In this document: piece after piece, positions 9,716-19,520 of the stretch
Position numbering within the stretch: position 1 is the first letter of the stretch
How the letters are laid out: every line of letters starts with the position of its first letter
IMG/VR virus record: IMGVR_UViG_2930745263_000002
Strand: one strand, 5' to 3'
Length of the DNA: 64,000 bases
Source: an uncultured virus (IMG/VR IMGVR_UViG_2930745263_000002)
Lineage: Duplodnaviria; Heunggongvirae; Uroviricota; Caudoviricetes
Program-made: the position numbers and the translations under genes
The notes under the pieces: generated by a model
Databases searched by the model: none
What the model was told of the DNA's origin: nothing
The model's input: the letters and a program-made list of their open reading frames with translations, nothing else

Positions 9716-10606
9716 TCAGAGGGTGGGAAAGGCCGGCCGCCAGGAGGCGGTGAGGCGGGCGGTGTTGGTGGGGTCGGTGGCCGTCCAGCGCAGCTCGCTG
9801 CGCCCGGGCGGGAGGCTGAAGGTGTCCAGGCGGCTGGTGCCGGCGAGCGGGACGTTGCCGCCGTTGCGGCGCAACACGGAGCGCCAGGTGGGCCGGGTGT
9901 CGATCTCGACCCAGTCGCCGGCCGGGATCGTCGTGGTCATCTGCAGGCGGCGGCCGGACTCGACGTGGGTGATCGTCGGGTTGGCGCAGGGGCCGGTGAT
10001 CCGCAGGACGGGCCAGGTGGGGGCCTTGCCGCCGACGTCGATCCAGCCGGGCCGCACGGCGCCGCCGGGGGCCGGGTTCACGACGATGGGCGCGACGACG
10101 GGCGCGGTGAACCCGCCGCCGGAGATCATGCCGAGCGGGATCGTGGTCCCCTGGAGTTCCTCGCCGTAGTACAGGTGGTCGGCGGCCAGAAACTCCATGT
10201 CGAGCGGCACCCACCCGTGCACGAGCGAGGAGAGTTCCGCCTCGAGCTTGCGGAGCCGGCCCAGCAGCACACGCACGTCCCGGCCGGGGAACTTCAGGCG
10301 CAGCTCGGTGGTCGCCCCGCCGGTCTGGCGCAGCGCCGGCTCGTCGTGGACGCGCTGCAGTGCGTCCAGGACGTCCAGGGCGCGGTCCGGCTCGCCGGGC
10401 GTCTTGATCGCCGCGTCGATGCGGACGGTCCGGCCGGCGTAGTAGTCCGCGCCCAGCCAGATGCCGTCCGAGGCCGGCGGCTCGACGTCGGCGGTGCGCA
10501 CGTCGGCCCGGCCCAAGCCCTCGATCGCGGCGATCGGCACCGGCGTGCGGGTGCCGATGACGACTCCGCCGAGCTCGTGCTGGTAGTCGTTCAGGACGGC
10601 GTTCAT
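9716..10606 (-). CDS. Distal tail (Dit-like) protein
   Basis: Directly after tape measure; TWPVLRITGP.NP, LPPGRSEL. Confidence 0.75.
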   Translation of the reverse strand: MNAVLNDYQHELGGVVIGTRTPVPIAAIEGLGRADVRTADVEPPASDGIWLGADYYAGRTVRIDAAIKTPGEPDRALDVLDALQRVHDEPALRQTGGATTELRLKFPGRDVRVLLGRLRKLEAELSSLVHGWVPLDMEFLAADHLYYGEELQGTTIPLGMISGGGFTAPVVAPIVVNPAPGGAVRPGWIDVGGKAPTWPVLRITGPCANPTITHVESGRRLQMTTTIPAGDWVEIDTRPTWRSVLRRNGGNVPLAGTSRLDTFSLPPGRSELRWTATDPTNTARLTASWRPAFPTL

Positions 10607-13600
10607 CGGCGTCGCACCCCTCCCCGCTGGGCGCGGCGCACCTGGTAGCCGACCGCGGCCGCGATCTGCGCCTCGGTGGCTCCGGGCCGGTCGATCTGGA
10701 TGGTCTGGTTCTCGATCAGCGGGGCGGCCTGCTGGATGACGACGACCTGGACGCGGCCGGCGGCGGCGTCCTGCAGGCCGGTGAGGCTGTAGCCGAAGCG
10801 CCCGGCGACGTCGTCGAGGACGGCGGTGGCCCGGCTGCGCTTGTTCAGCCCGAGCGGTACGTACGCCTCGCCGCGCGTGCTCGGCTCGGCGAAGCGCACC
10901 AGGCCGCCGCTGGTGGAGTAGATCCCCTCCCGGATGCCGCCGTCCTCGTAGGCGAGCCCCTTGCCGGCCTTGGTCAGGTCGGCCAGGAGCTGCGCGGCCC
11001 GGGAGCCGAGCGCCTTGCTGATCTGGCTCTTGGCCTTGGTGGCGACCGTGATGATGTCTTCCTCGTCGAGGCCGGTGGCGTCCGCAATGGCGTGGATGCC
11101 GGTCGTCTTCGACTTGGTGGCGCTGATGATCTGGACGAGGGTGGCGAGCTGCTCGTCCGACAAGGTCGCCCCGGCCGACTTGGAGGCGTCGTTGGCCGCC
11201 TTCGCCTTCTTCTTGTCCTTCACCGCCTGGGAGGCGAGGTCGGCGGCGTCCTGGTCGCCCTGCTCGGCCAGGCGCGCGGCGAGGTCGCCGTACCCGGACG
11301 CCGCGAGCTTGGCCAGGTTCTGCTGGAAGGCGTTCTGGTCCTTCACAGCCGTCTTGAGCTGGCCGGTGTAGTCGCCGAGCGACGCCTTGGACGCCTCGGC
11401 CAGCTTCCGCAGGTCCTTGGCCATCGCCTTGACGTACTTGCTCGACCCGGACGCCATCTTCCGGGTCAGGGCGACGCCGTCCTCGCCCATCTCCTCGAGC
11501 GCCTTGGCGACGTCGGTGCCGGCGCGGGAGGCGACGGTGGACAGGTCCTTGCGCCAGCGCGACATCGCCTTCGTGCTGGATTGGAGCTTCTTGGTGAACA
11601 GCGAGAGGGAGAAGCGGCCCTTCTTGTCCTGGGACTCCCCCGCGATGGAGGACAGCGTGGTGTACGAGGCCGGGGTGTAGGAGAAGTCGGACAGCCCGCC
11701 GTCGGCGTACCAGGAGATGCTGGAGGGGTCGCCGCCGAGGCGCCGCACGATCTCCTCGGTGATCCGGCGGGAGCGCGGGCGGGCGGACGCTCGGAAAGGG
11801 ACGTATCCCTCGCCCTGAGTCTCGCTCTCACCCCACACCCGGTACGCGCCGGCCGGAGCGATCTGCGCAACGTGCTGGTTGGGGAGATCGCCGGGCGAGG
11901 TGCCGCCGTCCGCGAAGTGGCGGATGCCGCCCGCGGCGTAGAAATCCAGGACGGAGCCGCGGGCCTGCGGTGCCTGGATCATGTCGGGGACACCGTTGGC
12001 GTCCTTGTCCCAGGAGGTGGCCCGCAGGCTCACGCCGATGCCGATGGTGCGGCCGGAGATGTTGTTGATGGCGCCCTGGATGGTGGACGCGGCGGAGGTG
12101 GGCGTCCCGGTCGGGATGGTGATCTCGACGCTCTTGCCCTTGGTGTTGCGGATCTTGAAGCCCAGCTCCTCGAGCCGGGCGCGCGCGTCGGCCGTGAGCG
12201 CCGTCATCGTGACGGACCGACCCTTGGTGCTCGCGATCTTCCCCTGGAGGGTCTGCAGGTTGGCGATGCCGGCCGCGGTCAGGGCGGTGACCTTGACCGA
12301 CTTGTCCGGGACCGCGGACATCTTGGAGATCAGGGCGTCGAGCTGCTGCCGGGCGCCGACCGTCGGGGCGGTGATCTTGTACTCGCGGGTGCCGGGGATC
12401 AGCTTGATGGCGTACCCGAGGTCCTTGAGCTCCTTCTGCGCCTTCTCCCCCAGGGCGTCGACCTTGATGGTCTTCTCCTTGGGCATCCGCGCGTACTCCG
12501 CCTGGACGGCGAGCAGCTCGGCGAGCGCCTCGTCCATGCCCCGGGTCTGCAGGAGGATGGAGACCTGGCCGGGGATGAGGCCCATGGAGTCGGCGACCTG
12601 CTCCGCCTTGGTGCCGGTGACGCCGTACTGCTCCATGAGCGACAGGGCGGCGGTACGGGCCTTCTCCATCTCCGCCTGGGCGGCCTTCAGCGACTCCGGC
12701 AGCGTCTTGTTCTGCTTCTGCGCGAAGTCGAACGCCGCGACGGAGCTGGACGCCGCGGCGTCGGAGATGCTGTTCAGGCTGGAGAAGACCTGCTGCCCGT
12801 TGCGGGAGGTCGTGTTGAGCGTGCCGTTGAGCCCGAGCAGCTTCTTGCCGTAGTCACCGGACTTCTTGATCTGGTCGTCGACGGCGTCGTTGGCGTTGAG
12901 AATCGATTCATTCATGCGGGCCTGAGCGGCCTGGACGCTGACCGAACCGCCGCCGAGCAGGTCGAGGGCGTCCTTCAGGGCCCGGGTGCGCTGGTCCGCG
13001 TCGGCCGTACGGTCGGCGAGGCCGCCCACGGCGAGCTTGAGCTTGTCGTACGCGCTCAGCGCCCTGCCGGAAGGATTCTGCGCCTCGGCCAGGCGCTTGG
13101 CGTCCTTGACGCCCTTCTCCATCTCGCCGCGCATCGACTTCAGTGCGTCGGCAGCCTTCTTGTACCGCTCGCCGGTGTCGGTGTACTCGAGGACGGTGGC
13201 CTTGCCGCCGGCCTTGTCGACGTACTCCTTGTTGGCCTCGGCCAGGTCGCGGTACTTCTGCTCCAGCTTCTCGAGGCTGGTGCCCTGTCCGAGATAGGCG
13301 TCGGTGAGCGTGCTCATGGAGACGCCGGACTTCTCCAGGACGTCGACCAGCTTCGTCTTGCTGTCGTGGAGCTTGTAGTCGAGCAGGGTCTGGGCCGCGG
13401 CGGCCCGGACGTTCTCGTCGATGATGCCGCCGGAGTCGCGCAGCGCCCGGGTCAGGTCGGCGATGCGCTGCTGGTGCTCGGCGGCGGCCTGGGCGGCCTT
13501 CTGCTGGTAGCTGGCCAGCAGACCGAGGCCGACGGTGATGCCGGCGAGCGCCAGTCCCCACGGGCCGCCCATGGCTCCCATCAGGCCGGTCATCGCGCCG

Positions 13601-15807
13601 CGCAGGCCGGTGCCGGCCGCCCGGGTGATGCCGTTGAGGGTGCCGGTGAAGCCGGACCCGGCTGCCGAGGCGGTGCGGAAGGACGACGCCATCGACCCGA
13701 TGACGCCGACGCGGGTCTGCAGCACCGCGAAGGCCGCCCCGTAGCGGCTGAGGGACTGCCCCGAGGAGGCGGCGAGGCTGCGCTGCACGGCCATCTGGGA
13801 GTTGAGGCTGCTGAAGGCGCCGGTCACGCGACCGCCGACGGTGCCGGCCAGCGTGGACATCATCGGGCCGACCCGGCGGAACAGGAGCATGGCGAACAGG
13901 GCGCTCTGCACCGGGCCCGGCAGCGACCCGAAGGCGGAGACGAGGGTGGCGATGACCTTCCCGATCGGCACCAGCACCACGGAGAGCCCCTCGACGGCGG
14001 CCGCGGCCGCGTCGAGGACCAGGACGATGATGTCCAGGGCGTTGGCCGCCCCGTCGCTCTCGTCCCCGAGGTCGGCCAGGGCCTGCCCGATGGGAGTGAC
14101 GCCCTCGGCGAGGTTGGACAGCACCGTCATCAGGACCTGGCCGGCGCTGATGAGGACGTGCAGACCGTCGGCGAGCGCGGTCTGGCCCAGGGCCTTCAGC
14201 GGGCCCAGCAGGGCGCTGGCCTCGTCGACGAGCCCGCCGAGCCCTTCGCGGGCCTGCTCGGCCAGCTCCGGGCCGAACAGGGTCGTCATGTCCCGGGCGT
14301 AGGCGATCGCGCCCGTGATGTACGGGGTGGCCTTCCCCAGGCCGGTGGTCAGCCCGCGGGTGAGCCACTCCAGCCCGGGGGCGAGCCCTTCGTAGATCTC
14401 CAGGCCGGTCTGGCGGGTCTGCTTCTTGAGCAGCACCATCGCACCGGCCAGGCCCTTGTTCTTGGCCTCGGCGATCTGGGCGGCTGCACCGGAGGCGCTG
14501 ACGGCCGCGTTCAGCGCGTCGAAGGACACCACGCCCTGGTGGGCGAGGGCCACGGCGCCGGAGAGCGCCGGCTTGCCGAACGCCTTTGCCGCGGCCGCGG
14601 TGAAGTCCTGCTGGGACATCTCGTGCTGGGCGTGGCTCAGCTTGTCGATGACGTACCGCAGGCCCTTGAAGCGGCCCTCGGTGTCCCACGCCTCGATCCC
14701 GAGATCGTGCAGGCCCTCGGTCATCTTCTTCGTCGGGTTGGCCAGGTTGACGAAGATCCCGCGCAGCGTCGTGCCCGCGGTCTGACCCAGGATGCCGGCC
14801 TTGCCGAGCATGCCGACCGCAGAGGCGGCGTGCTCCATGGAGATGCCCAGGCCGTTGGCGACCGGCCCGGCGTACTTCATCGAGTAGTAGATGTCGATGA
14901 TGTCGCCGGAGGCGCTGTTCGCCGTGGCGGCGAGGATGTCCGCCGCCCGGCCGGCCTGGTCGGCCCCCATGGCGAACTGGTCCATCATGTCGCCGAGGTA
15001 CTTCGCGCTGTCGGCAGCGTCGACGTTCGCCGCGGCGGAGAGCTGCAGCGATGCCCGGGTCGCGGAGATGGCCTGGTCGGTGCGGAAGCCCGCCTTCGCC
15101 AGCTCGACCATCGCCTCGGCCGCGCCGGCCGCCGTGGAGGTGGGCAGCTTCATGTCCGCGCCCAGGGCCTTCGCGGTGGCCGAGGCGCGCTGCATCTGCG
15201 ACGCGGACGCGCTGGTGACCGCCCCGAAGGTGGCCAGGCCCCGCTGGTACTCGTTGCCCGACTCGATCAGGTCGTGCATGCCCATCAGCAGCCCGCCGCC
15301 GGCGAGCAGCGCGGTCATGCCGGCGATCTGCTGGCGGGCGCCGCGGGCGGCCCCGTCGACCTGCCGCAGGGACCGGGAGCCGTTGCGGCCGACGTTGGTC
15401 AGGCGGCCGTCGGCGTTGCGGGCCGCCCGGGCGAGCGCGGCCAGGTCGCTGGTGGCGTTGCGCAGTTGCCGGGACATCGCGCGCAGGTCCTGGGAGGAGC
15501 TGCGCGCGGCCCGGGCGTTGGCGCGCTGCGCGGCGGCGGCACGGTTCGCGTCGGTGCCCAGGCGCCGGAGGTCCCGGCCGGCCCCGGAGGCTCCCTGGCG
15601 CAGGGTGCGCAGCGGCGCGGCCGCGCCCCGCAGCCCCGTGGTGAGGCCGCGCAGTTGCCGGTCGCTGGTGCCGAGACGGCCGAGCTCGCGGCGTACGGCG
15701 GCGAGTTCGCGGGAGAGGTCGCGGGCCTCGCGGCGAGAGCGGTTCAGGGTACGTACGAGCCCGTCACCGTTGCCCGTGAGGGCAACCGACAGGTTCCACG
15801 CGACCAC
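10603..15807 (-). CDS. Tape measure protein (TP901 family), 1734 aa
   Basis: AAEAMVELAKAG...MKYAGPVA...GTTLRG...GRFKGL core; long Ala/Gly-rich helical protein. Confidence 0.92.
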   Translation of the reverse strand: MVAWNLSVALTGNGDGLVRTLNRSRREARDLSRELAAVRRELGRLGTSDRQLRGLTTGLRGAAAPLRTLRQGASGAGRDLRRLGTDANRAAAAQRANARAARSSSQDLRAMSRQLRNATSDLAALARAARNADGRLTNVGRNGSRSLRQVDGAARGARQQIAGMTALLAGGGLLMGMHDLIESGNEYQRGLATFGAVTSASASQMQRASATAKALGADMKLPTSTAAGAAEAMVELAKAGFRTDQAISATRASLQLSAAANVDAADSAKYLGDMMDQFAMGADQAGRAADILAATANSASGDIIDIYYSMKYAGPVANGLGISMEHAASAVGMLGKAGILGQTAGTTLRGIFVNLANPTKKMTEGLHDLGIEAWDTEGRFKGLRYVIDKLSHAQHEMSQQDFTAAAAKAFGKPALSGAVALAHQGVVSFDALNAAVSASGAAAQIAEAKNKGLAGAMVLLKKQTRQTGLEIYEGLAPGLEWLTRGLTTGLGKATPYITGAIAYARDMTTLFGPELAEQAREGLGGLVDEASALLGPLKALGQTALADGLHVLISAGQVLMTVLSNLAEGVTPIGQALADLGDESDGAANALDIIVLVLDAAAAAVEGLSVVLVPIGKVIATLVSAFGSLPGPVQSALFAMLLFRRVGPMMSTLAGTVGGRVTGAFSSLNSQMAVQRSLAASSGQSLSRYGAAFAVLQTRVGVIGSMASSFRTASAAGSGFTGTLNGITRAAGTGLRGAMTGLMGAMGGPWGLALAGITVGLGLLASYQQKAAQAAAEHQQRIADLTRALRDSGGIIDENVRAAAAQTLLDYKLHDSKTKLVDVLEKSGVSMSTLTDAYLGQGTSLEKLEQKYRDLAEANKEYVDKAGGKATVLEYTDTGERYKKAADALKSMRGEMEKGVKDAKRLAEAQNPSGRALSAYDKLKLAVGGLADRTADADQRTRALKDALDLLGGGSVSVQAAQARMNESILNANDAVDDQIKKSGDYGKKLLGLNGTLNTTSRNGQQVFSSLNSISDAAASSSVAAFDFAQKQNKTLPESLKAAQAEMEKARTAALSLMEQYGVTGTKAEQVADSMGLIPGQVSILLQTRGMDEALAELLAVQAEYARMPKEKTIKVDALGEKAQKELKDLGYAIKLIPGTREYKITAPTVGARQQLDALISKMSAVPDKSVKVTALTAAGIANLQTLQGKIASTKGRSVTMTALTADARARLEELGFKIRNTKGKSVEITIPTGTPTSAASTIQGAINNISGRTIGIGVSLRATSWDKDANGVPDMIQAPQARGSVLDFYAAGGIRHFADGGTSPGDLPNQHVAQIAPAGAYRVWGESETQGEGYVPFRASARPRSRRITEEIVRRLGGDPSSISWYADGGLSDFSYTPASYTTLSSIAGESQDKKGRFSLSLFTKKLQSSTKAMSRWRKDLSTVASRAGTDVAKALEEMGEDGVALTRKMASGSSKYVKAMAKDLRKLAEASKASLGDYTGQLKTAVKDQNAFQQNLAKLAASGYGDLAARLAEQGDQDAADLASQAVKDKKKAKAANDASKSAGATLSDEQLATLVQIISATKSKTTGIHAIADATGLDEEDIITVATKAKSQISKALGSRAAQLLADLTKAGKGLAYEDGGIREGIYSTSGGLVRFAEPSTRGEAYVPLGLNKRSRATAVLDDVAGRFGYSLTGLQDAAAGRVQVVVIQQAAPLIENQTIQIDRPGATEAQIAAAVGYQVRRAQRGGVRRR

Positions 15808-15828
15808 CGCCGCTCTCCTTTCTCGTTG

Positions 15829-16215
15829 CTACTGGCGGTGATCCCGGCGGTTGAGCGCCCGGGTGCGCTTTTCGTGCAGTGCTCGGGGAAGGAGGCCGAC
15901 CTTCACGCCGTAGCCGTGCTGGCCCTCGGGGACGTGGTCCCGCTCGTGGGCGACGAGCTCGCAGCCGGGGCAGCGGCTGGTGGTGCCGATGTAGGCGAAG
16001 CGGTCTCCGCCGGCCTCCTCGTCCCACTCCTCGCCGCGGGTGCCGCAGTCGGGGCAGGTCTGGCGGTCCAGCTCGCGGTAGGCGAGGGCCTTGGCCCGGT
16101 CGGCCGCGCTCCAGGTGCCGTCGCCGGCGCCGAGGAAGGTGCTGTGCGGGATGCCCCAGCGGTCGCACAGTTCCAGTTCGGCCCTCAGCTGCGCGTCGGC
16201 CCGGAGCCTTTTCCC
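15829..16215 (-). CDS. Tail assembly chaperone, frameshifted T segment
   Basis: -1 frame GKRLRADAQLRAELELCDRWG...CPDC...CPGC opens at the slippery site. Confidence 0.75.
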   Translation of the reverse strand, partial: GKRLRADAQLRAELELCDRWGIPHSTFLGAGDGTWSAADRAKALAYRELDRQTCPDCGTRGEEWDEEAGGDRFAYIGTTSRCPGCELVAHERDHVPEGQHGYGVKVGLLPRALHEKRTRALNRRDHRQ

Positions 16216-16754
16216 CAGTCGCTCCGCTTGGTGTTCTGCGCGGCGAGCGCGGCCTGGAACAGCTCGACCCGGTCGGCCATGCCCCAGGTGGCGAGCAGGT
16301 CGGCCGCGTCGTCCTCGGTCATCCCGTCGACGTTGGAGGCGGCGATCAGGACGGCGGGGAAGGTGTCCTCGTTCCAGTCGCTGCCGGCGTCGGCCTGTTC
16401 CTCGGTCGGCGGGTGCTCCTTGACCAGGTCGGAGAAGGAATCCCCGGGCAGGGCCCGGAAGGTCAGCACCTCGCAGTCCGCCTCGTAGGCGGCGCGGGCC
16501 TTCTCCAGGGCAGCGTCGGCGTCCGCGGCCTCCTGCTTGAGGGCCTTGTTCGCCGGGTCGGAGTCGGCGAGCTGACGGGCGTTGTGCGCCTCGCGCCGGG
16601 CTTCCTCGAACCGGTCGCGGATCTCGGGGTCCTGCCACAGGTACAGCGGGACCTCGGCGGCCTTGCGGGCCCGGAGCCGGGCCATCTTCGCGGACCAGTG
16701 CGCGTCGGCGGCCACCGCGGCGGCCGGCGGCTCGTTGTGCACGGCGGCGCTCAC
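16185..16754 (-). CDS. Tail assembly chaperone G
   Basis: GTG start overlaps the major tail stop; ends DWGKGSGPTRS. Confidence 0.8.
   Translation of the reverse strand: MSAAVHNEPPAAAVAADAHWSAKMARLRARKAAEVPLYLWQDPEIRDRFEEARREAHNARQLADSDPANKALKQEAADADAALEKARAAYEADCEVLTFRALPGDSFSDLVKEHPPTEEQADAGSDWNEDTFPAVLIAASNVDGMTEDDAADLLATWGMADRVELFQAALAAQNTKRSDWGKGSGPTRS
16209..16215 (-). other. -1 programmed ribosomal frameshift heptamer G GGA AAA
   Basis: TGG GGA AAA in the G frame; the -1 frame stays open to 15829. Confidence 0.85.
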
Positions 16755-17287
16755 TTGGCCAGCTCCTTCTTGGCCGCGGCGGTGCCGGCTCCGACGGCCG
16801 GGACGGCGAGACCCTGGCCCGGGCGCCGGGTGATCGTGAACTTCGTCTCGAACTTCGCCGCTTCGTTGTCCGTGGTGAAGGCGGGCGACTGGGAGCCGAC
16901 GCGGACCGGGAAAACGTCCATGCTCTTCGAGGCGGGAACGTCGCCCTTGCGGAGGATGACGACGTTGCCGACGGTCCCCTTCTTCAGCAGCTCCTCGATG
17001 AGGTCGGTGACCTTGTCCTCGTAGAAGGTCAGCGAGGAGTCCTCGGCCTTGTCGGAGCCGGGGATGGAGGAGTCGAAGTCGTCGCCCATGTCGGGCGTTT
17101 CGATCGACTGGTTTTCCAGCGTGAAGCCGGAGATGTTGGCGATCGCGGCGGACAGGTTCGTGCCGCCGTCCAGCTCCTGGCGGGTCGGCTTGAGGTCGAC
17201 CTCGTCGGCGATGGTCGGCAGCCACAGGAAGATGGAGACGCCGCGCCGGGAGAACTTCTCGACCGGCTTGGCAACAGGCAGTGCCAT
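16751..17287 (-). CDS. Major tail (tube) protein
   Basis: LSAAIANISGF...IETPDM...IPG...LTFY...DVFPV; position upstream of the chaperones. Confidence 0.8.
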   Translation of the reverse strand: MALPVAKPVEKFSRRGVSIFLWLPTIADEVDLKPTRQELDGGTNLSAAIANISGFTLENQSIETPDMGDDFDSSIPGSDKAEDSSLTFYEDKVTDLIEELLKKGTVGNVVILRKGDVPASKSMDVFPVRVGSQSPAFTTDNEAAKFETKFTITRRPGQGLAVPAVGAGTAAAKKELAK

Positions 17288-17387
17288 GGATGGGGCCCCT
17301 TGGGTCTGAGCTGATGTCAGCAGGTCGGCCACCTGGTGAGGGTGGCTCGTCCGCGAGGGGCCGCCGCGGTGCGGGAGAGGCCGGGTG

Positions 17388-17822
17388 TCAGCCGGCCGGG
17401 GTCCAGTCGAGCTGGAACCTGATCACATAAGAAACGATAACCGCGCTGGGGTCAGGCTCTGTGCCAGCGTCGAGGTCCAGGTCACGGGCGTAGCAGGACC
17501 AGCCGGGCACGCTCAGGTCGTACAGCCACGCCCCGCGGGCGTCCCGGCCGAGGACTCCGGTGCGCACCTTGTCGGCGAGCCACTCTGCCTGCGTGTGCTG
17601 CCGGGACACGCACTCGACCTGGTAGAGGGTGCTCGCGTCCTCGTGCTGGTCGGTGAACGGTGCCCCGGCCAGGGTGAGCGGGAGGGAGCGCAGCACGGTG
17701 TAGGGCGGCTCGGCCGGCTTGCCGCCGACGAGCGGCAGCGCGCCGGTGCCGCAGGGCTTGCCGGTGGCGGCCACCAGGACGCCGGCGAGGGCGTCGGTGA
17801 CCGGGCGGCGTTCCAGGATCAC
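17388..17822 (-). CDS. Tail terminator-like protein
   Basis: PPYTVL...YQVECV...AEWLADKVR; synteny. Confidence 0.65.
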   Translation of the reverse strand: MILERRPVTDALAGVLVAATGKPCGTGALPLVGGKPAEPPYTVLRSLPLTLAGAPFTDQHEDASTLYQVECVSRQHTQAEWLADKVRTGVLGRDARGAWLYDLSVPGWSCYARDLDLDAGTEPDPSAVIVSYVIRFQLDWTPAG

Positions 17823-18220
17823 AGCGCCCCCACCGCAGCGGTCGCGATCCGGGCGGCGAAGCCGGGCTGGAGCTGGACGAGCGCCGGCGCGACGTGCGGG
17901 AAGGGCGGCTGGGCGTAGACCCGGCCCAGGGAGTCGGCCCCGTAGAAGCCCAGCTCCAGCCGGCGGCCCTGGGGCGCGAAGGTGCCCACCGTCGCGGTCG
18001 CCCCGTGGCGGCGCGGGACGACCTGGGTCTGCCAGCTGGCCCGGTAGCGGCCGGTGATGGCGTTCGGGCCCGGCCGGCCGCTGGCCCCGGCCTGGATCAG
18101 CGCCTGCAGGACCATCGCTTCGTGCCGTACGGCCAGGGAGACAGCCGGGCCCACGCGGGCGGCGGCCGCGGCCATCGCCGCGACCAGCTCGTCGGGTTCG
18201 GTGAAGCGGCGGTTCGTCAC
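17819..18220 (-). CDS. HK97 gp10-like neck protein
   Basis: TGRYRASW...RLELGF...QPPFPH; GTG start overlaps the upstream stop. Confidence 0.65.
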   Translation of the reverse strand: MTNRRFTEPDELVAAMAAAAARVGPAVSLAVRHEAMVLQALIQAGASGRPGPNAITGRYRASWQTQVVPRRHGATATVGTFAPQGRRLELGFYGADSLGRVYAQPPFPHVAPALVQLQPGFAARIATAAVGAL

Positions 18221-18645
18221 GGCGCCCCCGCGGGGTTGTTCTCGTCCAGCCAGGTGACCCGGACGGCGATGATGGTGGACGCTTGGCCGGGCTGGGTGCA
18301 CCGCCAGGTCCGGCCGATCAGGGCCGGGTCGTACGCGGCGCGCAGCACGTGGACGGTGTCGTCGCGGGCGGCGACCGGGGCGTCGACCGGGGTGAGCAGC
18401 TTGTAGGGGTTCTTGGGGTCGTCCTCGTAGGGCTGGCCGGCCACCGGGGCGATGATGCCGGGGGCCGCGGAGCCGTCGAGGACCGCGCCGGCGCCTTCGT
18501 AGACGACGAGCGGGGGCGGCTCCTCGAGGTCGCCGGTGTCCGGGTTGAGGACGGGCGGACCCGCGGGGCGGGTGATGCGCACGGTGTCGCCCATCACCAG
18601 TTCCTCGACGAACTGGCCGAGGGCGCGCAGGTCCAGCAGCTTCAT
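18217..18645 (-). CDS. Head-closure / adaptor protein (DUF6093-like)
   Basis: MGDTVRITRP...NPDTG...VYEG. Confidence 0.65.
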   Translation of the reverse strand: MKLLDLRALGQFVEELVMGDTVRITRPAGPPVLNPDTGDLEEPPPLVVYEGAGAVLDGSAAPGIIAPVAGQPYEDDPKNPYKLLTPVDAPVAARDDTVHVLRAAYDPALIGRTWRCTQPGQASTIIAVRVTWLDENNPAGAP

Positions 18646-19019
18646 GCGGTGCGGCCTCCGGCCCAGTCGGTGAGCTGGCGCAGCATCGCGGTCGTCAGCT
18701 CGGTGGGGGTGCCGTCGAGGTCGTCGCGGGCCAGGGCGGCCTGCTGCAGCACCGTGGGGTCGATGCCGGTGAGGAACGCGGCGATCGCCTCGGCGGGCGG
18801 GGCCTCGCTGGCGACGGCGACCTGGGTCATGCCGGCGAAGACGGCGCCGTCGACCGGCGGCCGCGGGTACAGCACCAGGAGCGGCGGCTGGTTGGCGCGG
18901 TGCTCGAGGGTGTAGGCGGCCAGGGAGCGTGAGAGGTCGATCCCGTCGACGACGACGTGGGCCCGGACGCCGTCGGTGTTGATCACGACCTCTCGTACGT
19001 CGTCGGCCATTCCGTCCAT
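18642..19019 (-). CDS. Hypothetical phage protein
   Basis: Coupled ORF in the head-tail operon. Confidence 0.6.
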   Translation of the reverse strand: MDGMADDVREVVINTDGVRAHVVVDGIDLSRSLAAYTLEHRANQPPLLVLYPRPPVDGAVFAGMTQVAVASEAPPAEAIAAFLTGIDPTVLQQAALARDDLDGTPTELTTAMLRQLTDWAGGRTA

Positions 19020-19020
19020 G

Positions 19021-19251
19021 TCAGTCCTCGTCTTCCTCGTCGTACTGCGGCGGTTCGGGGTCGGCGCGCTCGGTGTCGGTGCTGAGGGAGAAGCCGAAGG
19101 GCAGCTCCTCCTCGGCTTCCTGCGCGGGCTCGTCGGGCAGCGCCCCCAGGAGGCGCAGCGCGGTGTGTTCGGCGGCGGCCAGGGCGTCGGTGTCGTCCTG
19201 GGCGATGCGGATGTCGATCTCGCGGCCGGCGGACCGGACGATCAGGCGCAT
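19021..19251 (-). CDS. Hypothetical acidic protein
   Basis: TGATG coupling to the upstream gene; LPFGF motif. Confidence 0.55.
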   Translation of the reverse strand: MRLIVRSAGREIDIRIAQDDTDALAAAEHTALRLLGALPDEPAQEAEEELPFGFSLSTDTERADPEPPQYDEEDED

Positions 19252-19520
19252 CAGGCTGGCCCGGCCGCGGCCTCGACGCGCTCGGGCCAGTGCCAGGTTC
19301 CGCCGGTCGGCGGGTCGGAGACGGCGTGCGCGGTGTCGGCCGTGGTGAAGAACAGGCCCTCGGGGCTGAAGACGGCGAGGCCAGCCTGCTCGCCCTCGAC
19401 CACGGTGACGATCGCGGCGCGGCAGGTACTGGGGTAGCGGCCGTCGGCGCTGCCGCGCGACACGTAGTGCACGATGCGCCCGATGGTGGGCGCCGGTATC
19501 TCCGGGGTGGGGGTGCTCAT
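19251..19520 (-). CDS. Conserved small phage protein
   Basis: PTIGRIVHYVS.GS..G.YPS.CRAAIVT...GTWHWPERV pattern common in actinophages. Confidence 0.7.
   Translation of the reverse strand: MSTPTPEIPAPTIGRIVHYVSRGSADGRYPSTCRAAIVTVVEGEQAGLAVFSPEGLFFTTADTAHAVSDPPTGGTWHWPERVEAAAGPA

Noticed and set aside
11092..16488. Very long plus-strand ORFs (also 3663-6869, 44894-48586, 51697-54192)
   Set aside because: High-GC antisense shadows of clear minus-strand genes, with no motifs of their own.
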